NCBI GenBank assembly: GCA_965223905.1
Contig: CBDCXV010000010.1
Coordinates: 256,001-320,000 of the forward strand
Length of the DNA: 64,000 bases
Direction: 5' to 3'
From: Candidatus Latescibacterota bacterium
Lineage (GTDB): Bacteria; Latescibacterota; UBA2968; UBA8231
In this document: positions 31,294 through 41,608 of the stretch, one piece after another
How positions within the stretch are numbered: the stretch's first letter is position 1
Layout of the letters: each line of letters opens with the position of its first letter
Notes under the pieces: generated by a model
Database searches by the model: none
What the model saw: only the letters and a program-made list of their open reading frames with translations
Told to the model about the DNA's origin: nothing
Program-made: the position numbers and the translations under genes

Positions 31294-32245
31294 GTGATGA
31301 CTGAAGAACAGCGAAGAGTCCTCGAGATGCTCGCGGAAGGGAGGATTTCCGTGGACGAGGCGGAGCGTCTTCTGAAGGCGCTGCAAGACTCCAGCCGCCG
31401 CGATACGGGCGGGCAGAACGAACTCGGGGGCGAAGAATGCGATGACCGGGAAGGCGAGCCGTCCATGCACAGCGACACCTTCGAGGTGGGCGCCAACCCG
31501 CGCCTGGAAGTGCGCGGTTTCAACGGCCGCGTCCGGGTCACTGCCGGCAGCCCCGGTTCGATTCGCGTGCGGGCGAAGCTGAAGAACCCTCACCTGGTCG
31601 AGTACAGCGCTGTTCAGGAAGGCGACCTCGTCACTGTCGAGGCCAGGCCGGCACGCCGGTCCGGGGGGCTCCTGTCCGGCCTCTTCGGGGAAAACACCGG
31701 AGCGAACATCGAGGTGGTGGCGCCGGTCGCCTCCCGCGTCGAACTGGAGACCAGCAACGGGCCCGTAGAGCTGATGGGAACCGAGGGGGGCGGAAGGTTG
31801 CAGACGGCAAACGGACGCATCAAGGTCGAGAGCTCAAAGGGGGATCTCGACGCGAAGAGCAGCAACGGCGCGATAACGATCAGGACCTTCCAGGGGGGCC
31901 GCGGAGCTGGCCACCTCGAACAGCCGCGTGGCCATCGAGGACGCGCACGGCCGCTTCGATGCCCGGACCACCAACGGGTCGATAAAGTTTCAGGGGAGCA
32001 TCGAACCGGGAAGCCCCAGCCGGCTGGCCACCTCCAACGGCAGCGTCAAGGTGACCCTGGATTCAGAGCCGAGCCTGAAGCTGGCGGCGTCGACGGTAAA
32101 CGGCCGGGTCCGCTGCGGGCTGCCCGGCTTCGCCGCCTCGGTCGATACCGGCCGCAAGCTCGAGGGGACGGCGGGAAAGGCGGAGGCCGAGCTGACCCTC
32201 GAGACCAGCAACGGCTCCATTGCGATCCAGCCCTACAAGGATTGA
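31294..32245 (+). CDS. SHOCT-like + DUF4097 (Toastrack) beta-repeat protein (frameshift near 31897)
   Basis: EEQRRVLEMLAEGRISVDEAERLL; repeated L.TSNG.V/I motifs. Confidence 0.85.
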
Positions 32246-32256
32246 AAGGAGTACTC

Positions 32257-32676
32257 ATGAACGAGAACAGCAGACGCGTGCTCGAGATGCTGGCGGAGGG
32301 CAAGGTTACCGTCGACGAAGCGGAGCGCCTGATCTCCCTGGTCGACGAAGAACCCGTGGCCGCAGCATCGACGCAGCAGATAGCGCACCTGGCCCCGGGA
32401 GCGGCGAGATTTCTGAGAGTCACCATCGACTCGGAGGGAGGGGACCACGTCGACGTCCGGGTGCCCCTGGCCCTGATCAAGGCCGGAGTCAAGCTGCACA
32501 CCCTGCTGCCGGAGCAGGCGGCGAAAGGAATCAGTCAGACGATGAAGAAAAAGGGTATCGACGTCGACCTTCACGACCTGCGAACCGACGGCCTCGAGCA
32601 GTTGATAGATGCACTGAGCGAAATCGAGGTCAACGTCCAGGACGGGGAGGACAAGGTCCGGGTCTATTGCGAGTGA
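32257..32676 (+). CDS. SHOCT-like domain protein (YvlB-like)
   Basis: MNENSRRVLEMLAEGKVTVDEAERLI...FLRVTI...VDVRVPLALIK...DKVRVYCE; AAGGAG RBS. Confidence 0.82.
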   Translation: MNENSRRVLEMLAEGKVTVDEAERLISLVDEEPVAAASTQQIAHLAPGAARFLRVTIDSEGGDHVDVRVPLALIKAGVKLHTLLPEQAAKGISQTMKKKGIDVDLHDLRTDGLEQLIDALSEIEVNVQDGEDKVRVYCE

Positions 32677-32802
32677 TCCTCCCACCTCCGCGATGGACCT
32701 GCAGACCCCCCTGACAGGTCAAGCCGGCTTCAAACAGCCGTTCCCAACCTTGCCGGCGGCACCGGTATTTCTGTTCATACGCCCCACGCATTGACAATGA
32801 CC

Positions 32803-32841
32803 GACACCCCCTGTCCGGAACGGTTCCGGACAGGGGGTGTC
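32803..32841. repeat. perfect 18-bp inverted repeat
   Basis: GACACCCCCTGTCCGGAA-CGG-TTCCGGACAGGGGGTGTC. Confidence 0.9.
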
Positions 32842-32864
32842 CCTGAAACCGTCCGGACGATACC

Positions 32865-33644
32865 GTGGAAATAGGATACCTGGTCAGCAGTTTCGAGCAG
32901 CTGGATTCAGCCCTGGAGTGGGGCTACGACTACGCCGAGTGGAACCCCCCCGGGATCGGCTTCGAGGCGGAGGATGCCGCCGAGACCGCCCGCCGCCTCG
33001 GCGCTTCCCGCCTGCCGGTGGAGACCATCTGCGGCTTCATCGCCGATCCGGAAGAACGCGGTCTCATGGTGGTCGGGCCGTACCGCGACCTGCAGCGCCT
33101 GCGGGAGTACGTCACCGGGCTGTTCGACCGCATGCAGGCCGTCGGGGTGGAGGCGATCGGGTACGGCAGCGGCGGTTCGCGCTGGGTCCCTGCCCGCTTC
33201 GACCGCGGCCGCGCGCGCGGGCAGGTGCGCGAGTTTCTCGAGCTCTGCGGCGAGATCGGGGCGGGCCGCGGCGTCGTCACCGCCCTGGAGCCGTACAACC
33301 GCGACGACGCCAACCTCCTCAACACGGTCCCTGAGGCCTGCGACCTGGTCCGTGAGATCGGCCACCCCAACGTCCGCCTGATGGCCGACTTCTTCCACAT
33401 GAAGCTCAACGGGGAGTCGTTCGAGGAACTCGACGAGGCCGGCCCCTTCCTCGCCCACGCCCACATCGCGGAGCCCGGCCGCGGGCGCCCGCAGACCTAC
33501 CCGTCCGATCACTCGGAGTACCTGCGTGCCCTGCGCCTGGCCGGGTACGACGGCAGGGTGACGGTGACGGGAGAGCTTCCGGCCTACGAGTCGCCCGCCG
33601 AAATCGCGCTGGCCTTGAAAACCGCGGCCTCGGCTCCCCTGTAG
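32865..33644 (+). CDS. sugar phosphate isomerase/epimerase (TIM barrel)
   Basis: GYDYAE, GSGGSR, ALEPYN, ADFFHM, HAHIAE. Confidence 0.88.
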   Translation: MEIGYLVSSFEQLDSALEWGYDYAEWNPPGIGFEAEDAAETARRLGASRLPVETICGFIADPEERGLMVVGPYRDLQRLREYVTGLFDRMQAVGVEAIGYGSGGSRWVPARFDRGRARGQVREFLELCGEIGAGRGVVTALEPYNRDDANLLNTVPEACDLVREIGHPNVRLMADFFHMKLNGESFEELDEAGPFLAHAHIAEPGRGRPQTYPSDHSEYLRALRLAGYDGRVTVTGELPAYESPAEIALALKTAASAPL

Positions 33645-33799
33645 GGCCCTCGGTAAGCGGTTTTGATTCCCGGCAGTTTTCTCAATCCCGCCGGTCGCGG
33701 AGCACGCCCCGGGGCACAGGCAAACGCGATCGTTCCAGGATCTTGCGGTTTCGCCGATGTGATGGGTGAAGGGCTGAAGGCCCCCGGGTTCAGGCAACG

Positions 33800-34485
33800 G
33801 TGAACGCGCCATCCTTCAACTACAGCCGCGTCGTCGACCTGTCGCGGCCCCTCGACACCGGGCCGGACCAGCACCCTGGTTCCGCTACGAAACCGGGATC
33901 GACAGCATCCTCTCCGACCCGGAGTCCGCGCCGCCCGAGGGTCGCTGGTACGTGGTGACCACCCTGCGCATGAGCGGCCACGCCGGCACCCACGTCGAGG
34001 CGCCCCTGCACGCGGTCGAGAACGGGGCCTCGGTCGGCGAAGTGCCGGTGGAGCGTTTCTTCGGGGAGGCGGTGGTGCTCGATCTGACCGCGGTTCCCTG
34101 GGGGAGGCCGCTGGAGCCGGAGGTGGTGCGGGAAGCCGCGGCCAGGGCGGGTGGGATCCGCCGCGGCGACATCCTCTTCCTGCACTTCGACTGGGACCGG
34201 CGGCAGGGGGCGGAACAGGGGCACCCGTTCCCCTCGAACGAGGCCCTCGAGTGGCTGGTGGCGGCGGACGTCAAGCTGGTCGGCATCGATTCCCCCGGCC
34301 TCGAGGTGGCCGGGCGCCGCGACCTGCCGAACCACCGCACCCTGTTCGACAGGGGAATCCCCCTGATCGAGAGCCTCGTCAACCTCGGCGAGCTGCGCTC
34401 GAGCCGGGTCTACGTGATGGCGATGCAGCTGCCGGCCCTGAAGACGGACGCGATTCCCCTGCGGGTGCTCGCCTTCGAGGCCTGA
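33800..34485 (+). CDS. cyclase family (kynurenine formamidase-like) protein (5' frameshift)
   Basis: RVVDLSRPL, HAGTHVEAPLH, VGIDSP, LIESLVNL, PLRVLA. Confidence 0.85.
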
Positions 34486-34703
34486 AGTTCCCCTTCCCCC
34501 TTGGCGGCGGCGCCGCTCCTTCCCCTTCTCAGTGAGGGGAGGAGGTTCCCCGCCCGTTCAGCTACACCGCCTCGGCCCGGCGCAGCTTCTGTCTCCTTGT
34601 CGGACGACACCTTCCCCAAGCTCGGCCAGGCCCGCATCGGTTCGGCGCAGTCCCTGCGTCTTCTCCTTGCAGCCGGCGACACCCTCGCCATCGGCCCGGC
34701 CCG

Positions 34704-37196
34704 CTACTGGCGGCGGCGCTCCACCTCCTCCTGCGCCTCCCTGAACAGGGCGATCAGCCGCTCCCTGACCGCCTCCTCCCGGAAGACGCCGATGCGCTGC
34801 GCCCAGGTGATCCCGCCTTCCATGTGCGTCATCAGGTACTGGCCGTCCGCCGGCTCGAAGGCCCCCCGGCCGCCGACGCTGACGTAGACGGGCGACGAGT
34901 GCGCCATCACCGGGCCGGCGTCGGTCAGGTGCGGGCCCCAGCAGCGGGCCGCTACCCAGCAGGGCTTCTCCGTCGTCAGCTTGTGGCGCAGGGTGATCTT
35001 CGTCGTCGGCCCGTGCGCGGTCTCGCGCACGTCGGGAACGCCGTTGACGATCAACTCGACCGCGGTCAGCGGCCAGACCGACTCCGCGATGGCCTCGACC
35101 TCGACGGTGCCGCCGTTGCCGGGCAGGTGGATCTCCTCTCCCATCCCCCGCCCCTCGACCTCGAGGTCGATCATCGCCCCGGTGCTGGCGAAGGTGGTGC
35201 CGCGGCGCACCGCCCGGCACCAGTTGTCGAAGGTGAACTCCTCCCCGCCGGCGAGCCGCGCGTAGGTGCGCGAGCCGCCGAGAACGCGGTCGTTGGACAT
35301 CTTGTCGGTGCCGCCGACTATGGGAAGCTTCTGGCCGACGTTGAGCCAGCGGTAGTACCCGCGCTCCCCCTGGCCGATCCGCTCCCCCTGCCATATCCAG
35401 CACATCTCCGCGGCGTCGGCGTGTCCCATGACGATGTTGGCGGCGTTCTCGAAGTCCGGCACCGGCATGTGGGGCATGATCACCAGCCCCCCCTGGCTCC
35501 TGCAGGCCTCGGCCCAGTCCGCCATCAGGACCTCGATGGCGCCGCCGATCCAGTCCTCCTGGGGGCCGCCGCTGCACAGCGGGGCGACCATCTCCTTGAG
35601 CCCCAGCAGGCTGATGTGGCCGAGCACGTGCTGCCTGTTCTCCTGGCTGACGTAGATCAGGTTCTCGTCGCTGCTGGTCGGCGCCAGTCCCCCGGTGAAC
35701 TCCTCCCAGCTGGTGAACAGCCGCCCCCACTGGCTGGCGAGCAGGTGGGTGACGTTGAGGTCTTCGGCCGCGGCCTCGAGGTGGGCGGATTGCGACGACA
35801 GGAAGTGCACGTGGGTGTCGCCCGAGTAGTAGCCGCGCTCCTTCATGTCGAAGGCCCGCTTCAGGGTCAGCGTCAGGTGCCGCTGCCCCGGCTTGATCTC
35901 CAGCTTGCGGCGCAGGGGCAGGTACTCGAACCCCCGCACCGCCTCGACGTAGACCTCCCCGACCGGCAGGTCGATCTGGCAGGTGCCGTCGATGTAGGCG
36001 TACGGGGTGCCGCGCACCTTGCAGTCCCCGCCGAGGTCCTCGAACCAGGCGGTGTTGATGTCGGCCTGGTGGCCGTGGGGAGCGATGTACGCCCCGTGCG
36101 GCGAGCGGAAGTGCACCCGCGTCCCCACCGGCTTCCCGCTCTCCTCGTCGACGACCCGGACGTGCACCCACTGGTTTCCGCGCGGGCTCACCAGCTCCAC
36201 GCGTACCCCGCCCTGCTCCACCGCGCCCGTCTCGAGCACCTCCCCCCAGCGGATCTCCTCCTCCCCCTCGTCTTCGGTGCGGACGCCCAGCCGGCCTTCG
36301 GCGGAGCCGTGGATCTCGGCGTAGCCGCCGGGCCGGACCTCCTGCTCCCCGAGCCCCCAACCGCGTTCCTCCGAGTCGACGTAGCGTTCGCCGGGGACGA
36401 ACAGCGCGTCCTGGCGGGCGATCACGCCCCGCTCCATCGACAGCTCCGGGGCCTCCGCCCCGCTGCCGGCGGAGATGGCGATCTCCTTCCGCGGCGGCCA
36501 GGCCAGGGGATCGCTAACCTCGTCGCACAGGGTGACGGCGCCGAGCGCCACCGCGGCCGGGCCTGAGGCGGTCAGCACGATCTCCTCTATCCTCCTGTCC
36601 GGGTGGGGGTTCTCCCAGTCGAACAGCCACCAGCCCTCGAGGTCGCTGCCGTTCTCCGTGACCGTGCCGACCTGGTTGCGGCCCCAGGGACCGGTCTTGT
36701 CGTGGAGCGGAACCGACAGGAACTCGCGGCAGTTGCGGCAGGCGAACGGGTGGTGCCCCCAGGGCACGTTGACGTCGTGGATCTCGAAGCGGCGGCGCAG
36801 CTCCTGCTCGACCGCGGACCCGTCCTCGAACAGGATGCGGTAAGCCCCGACCTGCTCGCCGGCCCCCTCGATGGTCGCCCACTCCCCGTTGCAGGGGGAG
36901 CAGACATGCGCGAACAGGAGCCGCCTGGCCCTGGCGCCCACGGCCAGGGTCATTGAGTCCGCGATCTCCCTGCCGCCTCCCCCGGCCACCATGGCGAAAC
37001 GCCTGCTGCTGTCTGCCGTCGCCAAGTGGAAGGGAACCCCCCAGAAGCGGTGCTCCCCGGCCGGCATGTCGGCAAGCCCGGTGCGGTCCGGGTCCCCGGG
37101 AGGACAGGGCCACAACCAGTTGCCGTCGATCTCGACGTTGCCGGCTCCTGCGTTGAGGACGCCCTCGATATTCAGTGGAGTGAAAGCAGCGGACAT
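34704..37196 (-). CDS. CehA/McbA family metallohydrolase
   Basis: VRGFEY, YSGDTHVH, ENR..LGH, GGTDKM, AHSSPVYV. Confidence 0.85.
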   Translation of the reverse strand: MSAAFTPLNIEGVLNAGAGNVEIDGNWLWPCPPGDPDRTGLADMPAGEHRFWGVPFHLATADSSRRFAMVAGGGGREIADSMTLAVGARARRLLFAHVCSPCNGEWATIEGAGEQVGAYRILFEDGSAVEQELRRRFEIHDVNVPWGHHPFACRNCREFLSVPLHDKTGPWGRNQVGTVTENGSDLEGWWLFDWENPHPDRRIEEIVLTASGPAAVALGAVTLCDEVSDPLAWPPRKEIAISAGSGAEAPELSMERGVIARQDALFVPGERYVDSEERGWGLGEQEVRPGGYAEIHGSAEGRLGVRTEDEGEEEIRWGEVLETGAVEQGGVRVELVSPRGNQWVHVRVVDEESGKPVGTRVHFRSPHGAYIAPHGHQADINTAWFEDLGGDCKVRGTPYAYIDGTCQIDLPVGEVYVEAVRGFEYLPLRRKLEIKPGQRHLTLTLKRAFDMKERGYYSGDTHVHFLSSQSAHLEAAAEDLNVTHLLASQWGRLFTSWEEFTGGLAPTSSDENLIYVSQENRQHVLGHISLLGLKEMVAPLCSGGPQEDWIGGAIEVLMADWAEACRSQGGLVIMPHMPVPDFENAANIVMGHADAAEMCWIWQGERIGQGERGYYRWLNVGQKLPIVGGTDKMSNDRVLGGSRTYARLAGGEEFTFDNWCRAVRRGTTFASTGAMIDLEVEGRGMGEEIHLPGNGGTVEVEAIAESVWPLTAVELIVNGVPDVRETAHGPTTKITLRHKLTTEKPCWVAARCWGPHLTDAGPVMAHSSPVYVSVGGRGAFEPADGQYLMTHMEGGITWAQRIGVFREEAVRERLIALFREAQEEVERRRQ

Positions 37197-37522
37197 GGCG
37201 ATTCTCCGGGAACAGGAAGCTTGGTGAAGGGCTTCTCAGGGGGGTTAAGCTGGGGACGACGATTTTGCCGGAAACAAGCAGGGCGAATCAGGGTGATTGG
37301 GCGGGCCGGCGCAACGCCGGCCCCGACGGGGCCGGACGCGGCCGTTGAAGGCATCGGACTGATGGCTTCCCCTCTGCGCAACAGTCGCCCGGCCGCGGCG
37401 GTAGCCCCCGGGCGCCGAATCGCACTCAGCGATCGGCCGCGCCGGCGCGCACGCCCCCGTGTCTGCGCAGCAGACCCGCGACCCCCTCGTTCCCCTGCTC
37501 GATCGCGATATCGAGCGCTGCC

Positions 37523-38626
37523 TCACACCCGCTCCTTGAAGTACTTCGCCCCTTTCCTGGCGATCTCGAAGGCGGTCCTGCCGCTCTTGTTGAGGACCGT
37601 GGGGTCGGCTCCCATTTCGAGGAGGGCCTCTGCGGCCGCGGCTCTGCCCTCGTAGGTGGCGCGATGGAGGGGAGTACGTCCCTTCCTGTCCTGGGTGTCG
37701 AGGTCGGCCCCGTGACTGGAGAGCAGTCGTATCATCTCTGCCTGATCGGCCTCGGCTGCCAGTTGGAGCGGCGTGCGCCGCGCCTTGTTCAGGGCGTTCA
37801 CCCCGGCCCCCCGGGCCAGCAACATCTCCGCGCAGGCCATCGATCCTGCCCGTGCCGCCCAGTGCAGCGGGGTCATGCCGTAGTCCTCGGCGGCGCCGAC
37901 GGCCTCGGCGTCCTCGTCGATGAGCTCCTGCAGACGGGACGTATCGTTGAGGGCGCAGGCGGTGTAGACGTCGTAGCAGGCCCCGTCTTCGATCAGGAGG
38001 CGCGCAACCGCAAGCCTGCCCTCCAGTCGCGAAGGGTCCCTCCCCCAGTGGCTCGGCGCGGCCGCTTCATGGAGGGATGTCGTCCCCCGCTCACCGTTCC
38101 CCTTGATCGGCAGCTCGTGATGAACGCCGGCGCCGTACCGGATCAGGAGCCTGGCGCACTCGACATAACCGCCGCACGCCGCCCAGTACATGAGCGAGAG
38201 GTTGTCGGGCCAGCCGACGTGCGGCTTCAGGACCGAAACGCAGGTCGCGTCCGCGGCCCCCGACTCGAAAACCGCCCGGAGGGTATCCTCCATGCCTCCC
38301 CACGCCGCCTCGTGGAGCACGTTGTACGCCGATTCGTCGATCTCCAGGGGCACGTCGTGGGCAAGCAGCAACGTCACCGCAGGGCCGCACCCTCTCATGC
38401 CGGCCACGACCTGAAGCAGATGCTCACCGATGCGGTCGAGCACCTGCGGATTTGCGGTCAGTATCTCCTCCATCCGCTCGACATCGGGAGTGCCGTGCCA
38501 TCGCTTCGGGTCCGGCCCCATCGCCGCGGCGACAAGCTGCCGCTCCGCGAAGTTCACGGTCCGCGCCTCCTCCGTTGGTTCTCGTCTCCTCAAGACCCCG
38601 GAGCGACGCATATAGTCCGGCGGCAA
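37523..38626 (-). CDS. ankyrin repeat protein
   Basis: GMTPLHWAA, RTPLQLAA, GRTPLHRA, TSLHEAA repeats. Confidence 0.9.
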   Translation of the reverse strand: MPPDYMRRSGVLRRREPTEEARTVNFAERQLVAAAMGPDPKRWHGTPDVERMEEILTANPQVLDRIGEHLLQVVAGMRGCGPAVTLLLAHDVPLEIDESAYNVLHEAAWGGMEDTLRAVFESGAADATCVSVLKPHVGWPDNLSLMYWAACGGYVECARLLIRYGAGVHHELPIKGNGERGTTSLHEAAAPSHWGRDPSRLEGRLAVARLLIEDGACYDVYTACALNDTSRLQELIDEDAEAVGAAEDYGMTPLHWAARAGSMACAEMLLARGAGVNALNKARRTPLQLAAEADQAEMIRLLSSHGADLDTQDRKGRTPLHRATYEGRAAAAEALLEMGADPTVLNKSGRTAFEIARKGAKYFKERV

Positions 38627-38645
38627 CTGCTGGGAAGCGCTCAGG

Positions 38646-39164
38646 CTAATCGAAGATTTCGTCTTCCCGGAACCGGGTCCAGGATTTGAAAACCGGAAAG
38701 GGGGAGGGCAGGTTGTTTCCAGGATCTTTCAGCTTGAAGGAGATCCTCTCCGGGTCGGATACATTCCGGATCGAGATCGAGAACCGCGAGGTTGGAATGC
38801 AGTCCACGCACTCTTTAGGGAACTGCCTTCTCGAGCCCGGTTCGTCGGGATGAATGGTGATCACCGATGTTCCTTCCTGCTCGATGCGGTAACCTTCCGC
38901 AGACACCTCCCACTCGGAAACCGCTCGGTCATCTTCGGAATACTGAGCCCAGAGGGTGATCCCATCGAAGAAATCGAGGACGACTGCTTTTCTTCGATCC
39001 GCGTCCCTGGAAGGCTCGAACTGCCGGAAGGAGCGATCCTCCAGCTCGGTCTTTATCTGCTCTTCTTCCGTTCCGCTGACAGGTTGAGCCGGATCCTCTT
39101 TCCCGCACGAAGAGTCGAGAAGGAGAACGGAGGCGAAGGCAAGGGACTTCCACCATCGCCGCAT
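38646..39164 (-). CDS. hypothetical lipoprotein
   Basis: MRRWWKSLAFASVLLLDSSC signal-like N-terminus; open frame to 38646. Confidence 0.6.
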   Translation of the reverse strand: MRRWWKSLAFASVLLLDSSCGKEDPAQPVSGTEEEQIKTELEDRSFRQFEPSRDADRRKAVVLDFFDGITLWAQYSEDDRAVSEWEVSAEGYRIEQEGTSVITIHPDEPGSRRQFPKECVDCIPTSRFSISIRNVSDPERISFKLKDPGNNLPSPFPVFKSWTRFREDEIFD

Positions 39165-39492
39165 CCTCGCACTTCGCAACAGGAGGGGTTCATTATTGAA
39201 CTGTTGGATCCCGGTGGATTTCACTCGGAACCTCCTTTTCGGACGCCTTGATCTGTGTGGACCCGGCGGGGAATTGCATTCCCGAACGTCGCCATTTTCG
39301 CGTGGTCCCGAACCGAGAATCGGCTGGGCGAAACCGTGGTAGGTGCGCCGCGTCGGCTGTTTCCGGCGATCGCGCATCCCATCCAGACTGCTACCGATTC
39401 CTGTTCGACTCGACGGACCCGCCCCTGTTCCGGGGACTTCCAAGGCACCTGACAAAACATGCCGGCCCTCTCGCAGCGGCGGCGCTCGTTTT

Positions 39493-40854
39493 TCAGATGT
39501 AGCCGAAAAGCGGCGGGAAGAGAACGGCGACGACTCCCGCCCAGACGGCATAAACCGGCAGGTAGGCGGTCTGCCAGCGCTCCAGGACGGAGAAGGGGCC
39601 GCTGCCGCGCAGGAAGCGCACGTACAGCCAAGCCGACCACCCCAGGTTGACGAGCAGGATGAGATTCTCCCCGAGGGCCGCCACCTTGTTGGCGCTGAAG
39701 CCGAACTCGGAGATGCGCGCCGCGATCGCGGCCAGGGCCGCGGCGTCGGCGGCGAGGGCGGCGATCAGGAGCAGGAGCTGAAGCAGGTCGAAGAGGCCGG
39801 GAGGCGCCCCGGGGTCGCGCGCGGAGACCGCGTACAGCAGCATGCCGAGTACGAGCACCAGCAGCAGGTCGAAGCCGATCAGCACTTCCCGCTCCACCTC
39901 GATTCCGCTGCCGGTCCAGGCCATGGCCCCCAGGAAGGCGAGCAGGACCGCGGCTAACAGCGGCGTGAACAGGCGCGTCAGCATGGGGGCGATGTTCCCG
40001 GCGACCGTCTGCCTGACTTCCGCCAGCCAGGCGGCGACGAGGACCGCCCCCATGGCCCCGCAGGGCAGCAGCAAGGGTCCAAGCGACTCGATGTCGAGAC
40101 CGATGCCGGCGAACATCATCCCCGTAACCCCCGTCAGCACGCCGCCTCCGAGGGCGATGAGCACGTAGTAGATGAACATCTCCCCGGAGAAACGCACGAA
40201 CTCCATGCGCCGGCCCGAGGAGCCCCAGCGGCCCCCGGTGTGGGCGACGCCGACCGCCAGCCAGAGCGCTATCGGCAGGTGCAGCGCCGTGAGCACCTCG
40301 GTGGCGCCCTCCGGCGAGAAGGGGTAGATGTTGGCGAAGAGGGCGGCCGCGGCGAACGGCAGGGCCAGCCGCAGGCAGTGGGCCCTGCCGAGCCGGCGCT
40401 TCCAGGCGAAGTACCCGGTCAGGAGGATCAACGCCAGAAGGCCGAGGTTGCGGGCGTAGAAGCTTTCGCAGCCCTCGAACATCGAGCAGCCGAACAGCTC
40501 GGGTACCTTCATTGCCACGGCGCCCGCGACGGCCAGCCCGAGGACGACCGCGGTCTCCCCGGGAACGGTCCGGGTCGCAGCCGCGACGGGGCCGGCGACG
40601 AGTTGCTTCCACAGGCCGGCGGCATCCGCCGGGGCGAACCTGCCCGACTGCGGGTCGACGCTGCCGGTCCGCTTGACCGCCACCAGGAATGCTTCGTCTG
40701 GGTCCAGTCCGGCCTGCTCGAGTGCCGCGGCTTCCTCGCGCAGGAGGCGCTCTCGCTCCTCCAGCTCGGACTCGGGGATTCCCCGGCGCCCCACGCAGGC
40801 GCGCCACTCGGAAATCCGCGCTTCGATACCGTTGCTGGCTTTCCCTGTCGTCAT
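39493..40854 (-). CDS. permease-prefix-domain membrane protein
   Basis: ELEE..LREE...L...GL..DEAFLVAVKR.G N-terminal domain followed by many TM helices. Confidence 0.8.
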   Translation of the reverse strand: MTTGKASNGIEARISEWRACVGRRGIPESELEERERLLREEAAALEQAGLDPDEAFLVAVKRTGSVDPQSGRFAPADAAGLWKQLVAGPVAAATRTVPGETAVVLGLAVAGAVAMKVPELFGCSMFEGCESFYARNLGLLALILLTGYFAWKRRLGRAHCLRLALPFAAAALFANIYPFSPEGATEVLTALHLPIALWLAVGVAHTGGRWGSSGRRMEFVRFSGEMFIYYVLIALGGGVLTGVTGMMFAGIGLDIESLGPLLLPCGAMGAVLVAAWLAEVRQTVAGNIAPMLTRLFTPLLAAVLLAFLGAMAWTGSGIEVEREVLIGFDLLLVLVLGMLLYAVSARDPGAPPGLFDLLQLLLLIAALAADAAALAAIAARISEFGFSANKVAALGENLILLVNLGWSAWLYVRFLRGSGPFSVLERWQTAYLPVYAVWAGVVAVLFPPLFGYI

Positions 40855-40885
40855 GAATCTGTCTGGCCTGGAGCGCCCTTGATTT

Positions 40886-41314
40886 TCACAGGGGCCAGTC
40901 CCGCAGGATGCGCTCCGTCTCCTCGGAGTGGGTGCTCTCGTCCCGGACGATATCCTCCAGCTGCACGCAGAGCCCCTTGTCGCCGAACTCCTCCGCCTCC
41001 CGGGCGCGCCGGGTGTAGCAGGCGACCGCCTCGTTCTCGGCGGCGAGCACCGCCTCCAACATCTCCCTGTTCGTCCCTCCGGTCGGCACCTCGGCCGGGC
41101 GCGTCGCCGGCTCTCCCCCGAGAGCGACGACCTTGTTGGCCAGGAACTGCGCGTGGGCCTGCTCGTCGGCGACCTCGGCGAGAAAGAACTGCGACAGCTG
41201 GGGACGGTACGGTCCGGTGACCCTGGCAGCGTAGGTGATGTACTGGATGATTGCGCTCAGCTCGCCGGCAAGGTCCTCGTTCAATCGCCGAATCAGCGTC
41301 TCCTTGCTGCGCAT
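40886..41314 (-). CDS. ferritin-like (bacterioferritin-type) protein
   Basis: LNEDLAGELSAIIQY, DEQAHA, ENEAVACY, DESTH di-iron motifs. Confidence 0.88.
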   Translation of the reverse strand: MRSKETLIRRLNEDLAGELSAIIQYITYAARVTGPYRPQLSQFFLAEVADEQAHAQFLANKVVALGGEPATRPAEVPTGGTNREMLEAVLAAENEAVACYTRRAREAEEFGDKGLCVQLEDIVRDESTHSEETERILRDWPL

Positions 41315-41608
41315 CTTCCTCGGGACAGGACAGGAATATCGCTTATGCCCGGAACTCCGGGCAGCAACCCTCAGCGTGGGCTAGGCTCTTGGCTCCCGAC
41401 TACCGCCCAATTTCCGTGCTTTAGTTGAAGAACCAATCGAAGAGTACTCCTAAGAGGCCAACAACAAATGCGCTTAGTGCGATTACGCGAACGAAATACC
41501 AGACAGTATTCATGAAATCCCACAGCCTATCTTTCCAATGCTTCTTCAAAGGTGATCTCCCTCCTCCCGACCTAACTAAGATATCGTGACCCTATGCCGG
41601 GATTACCC

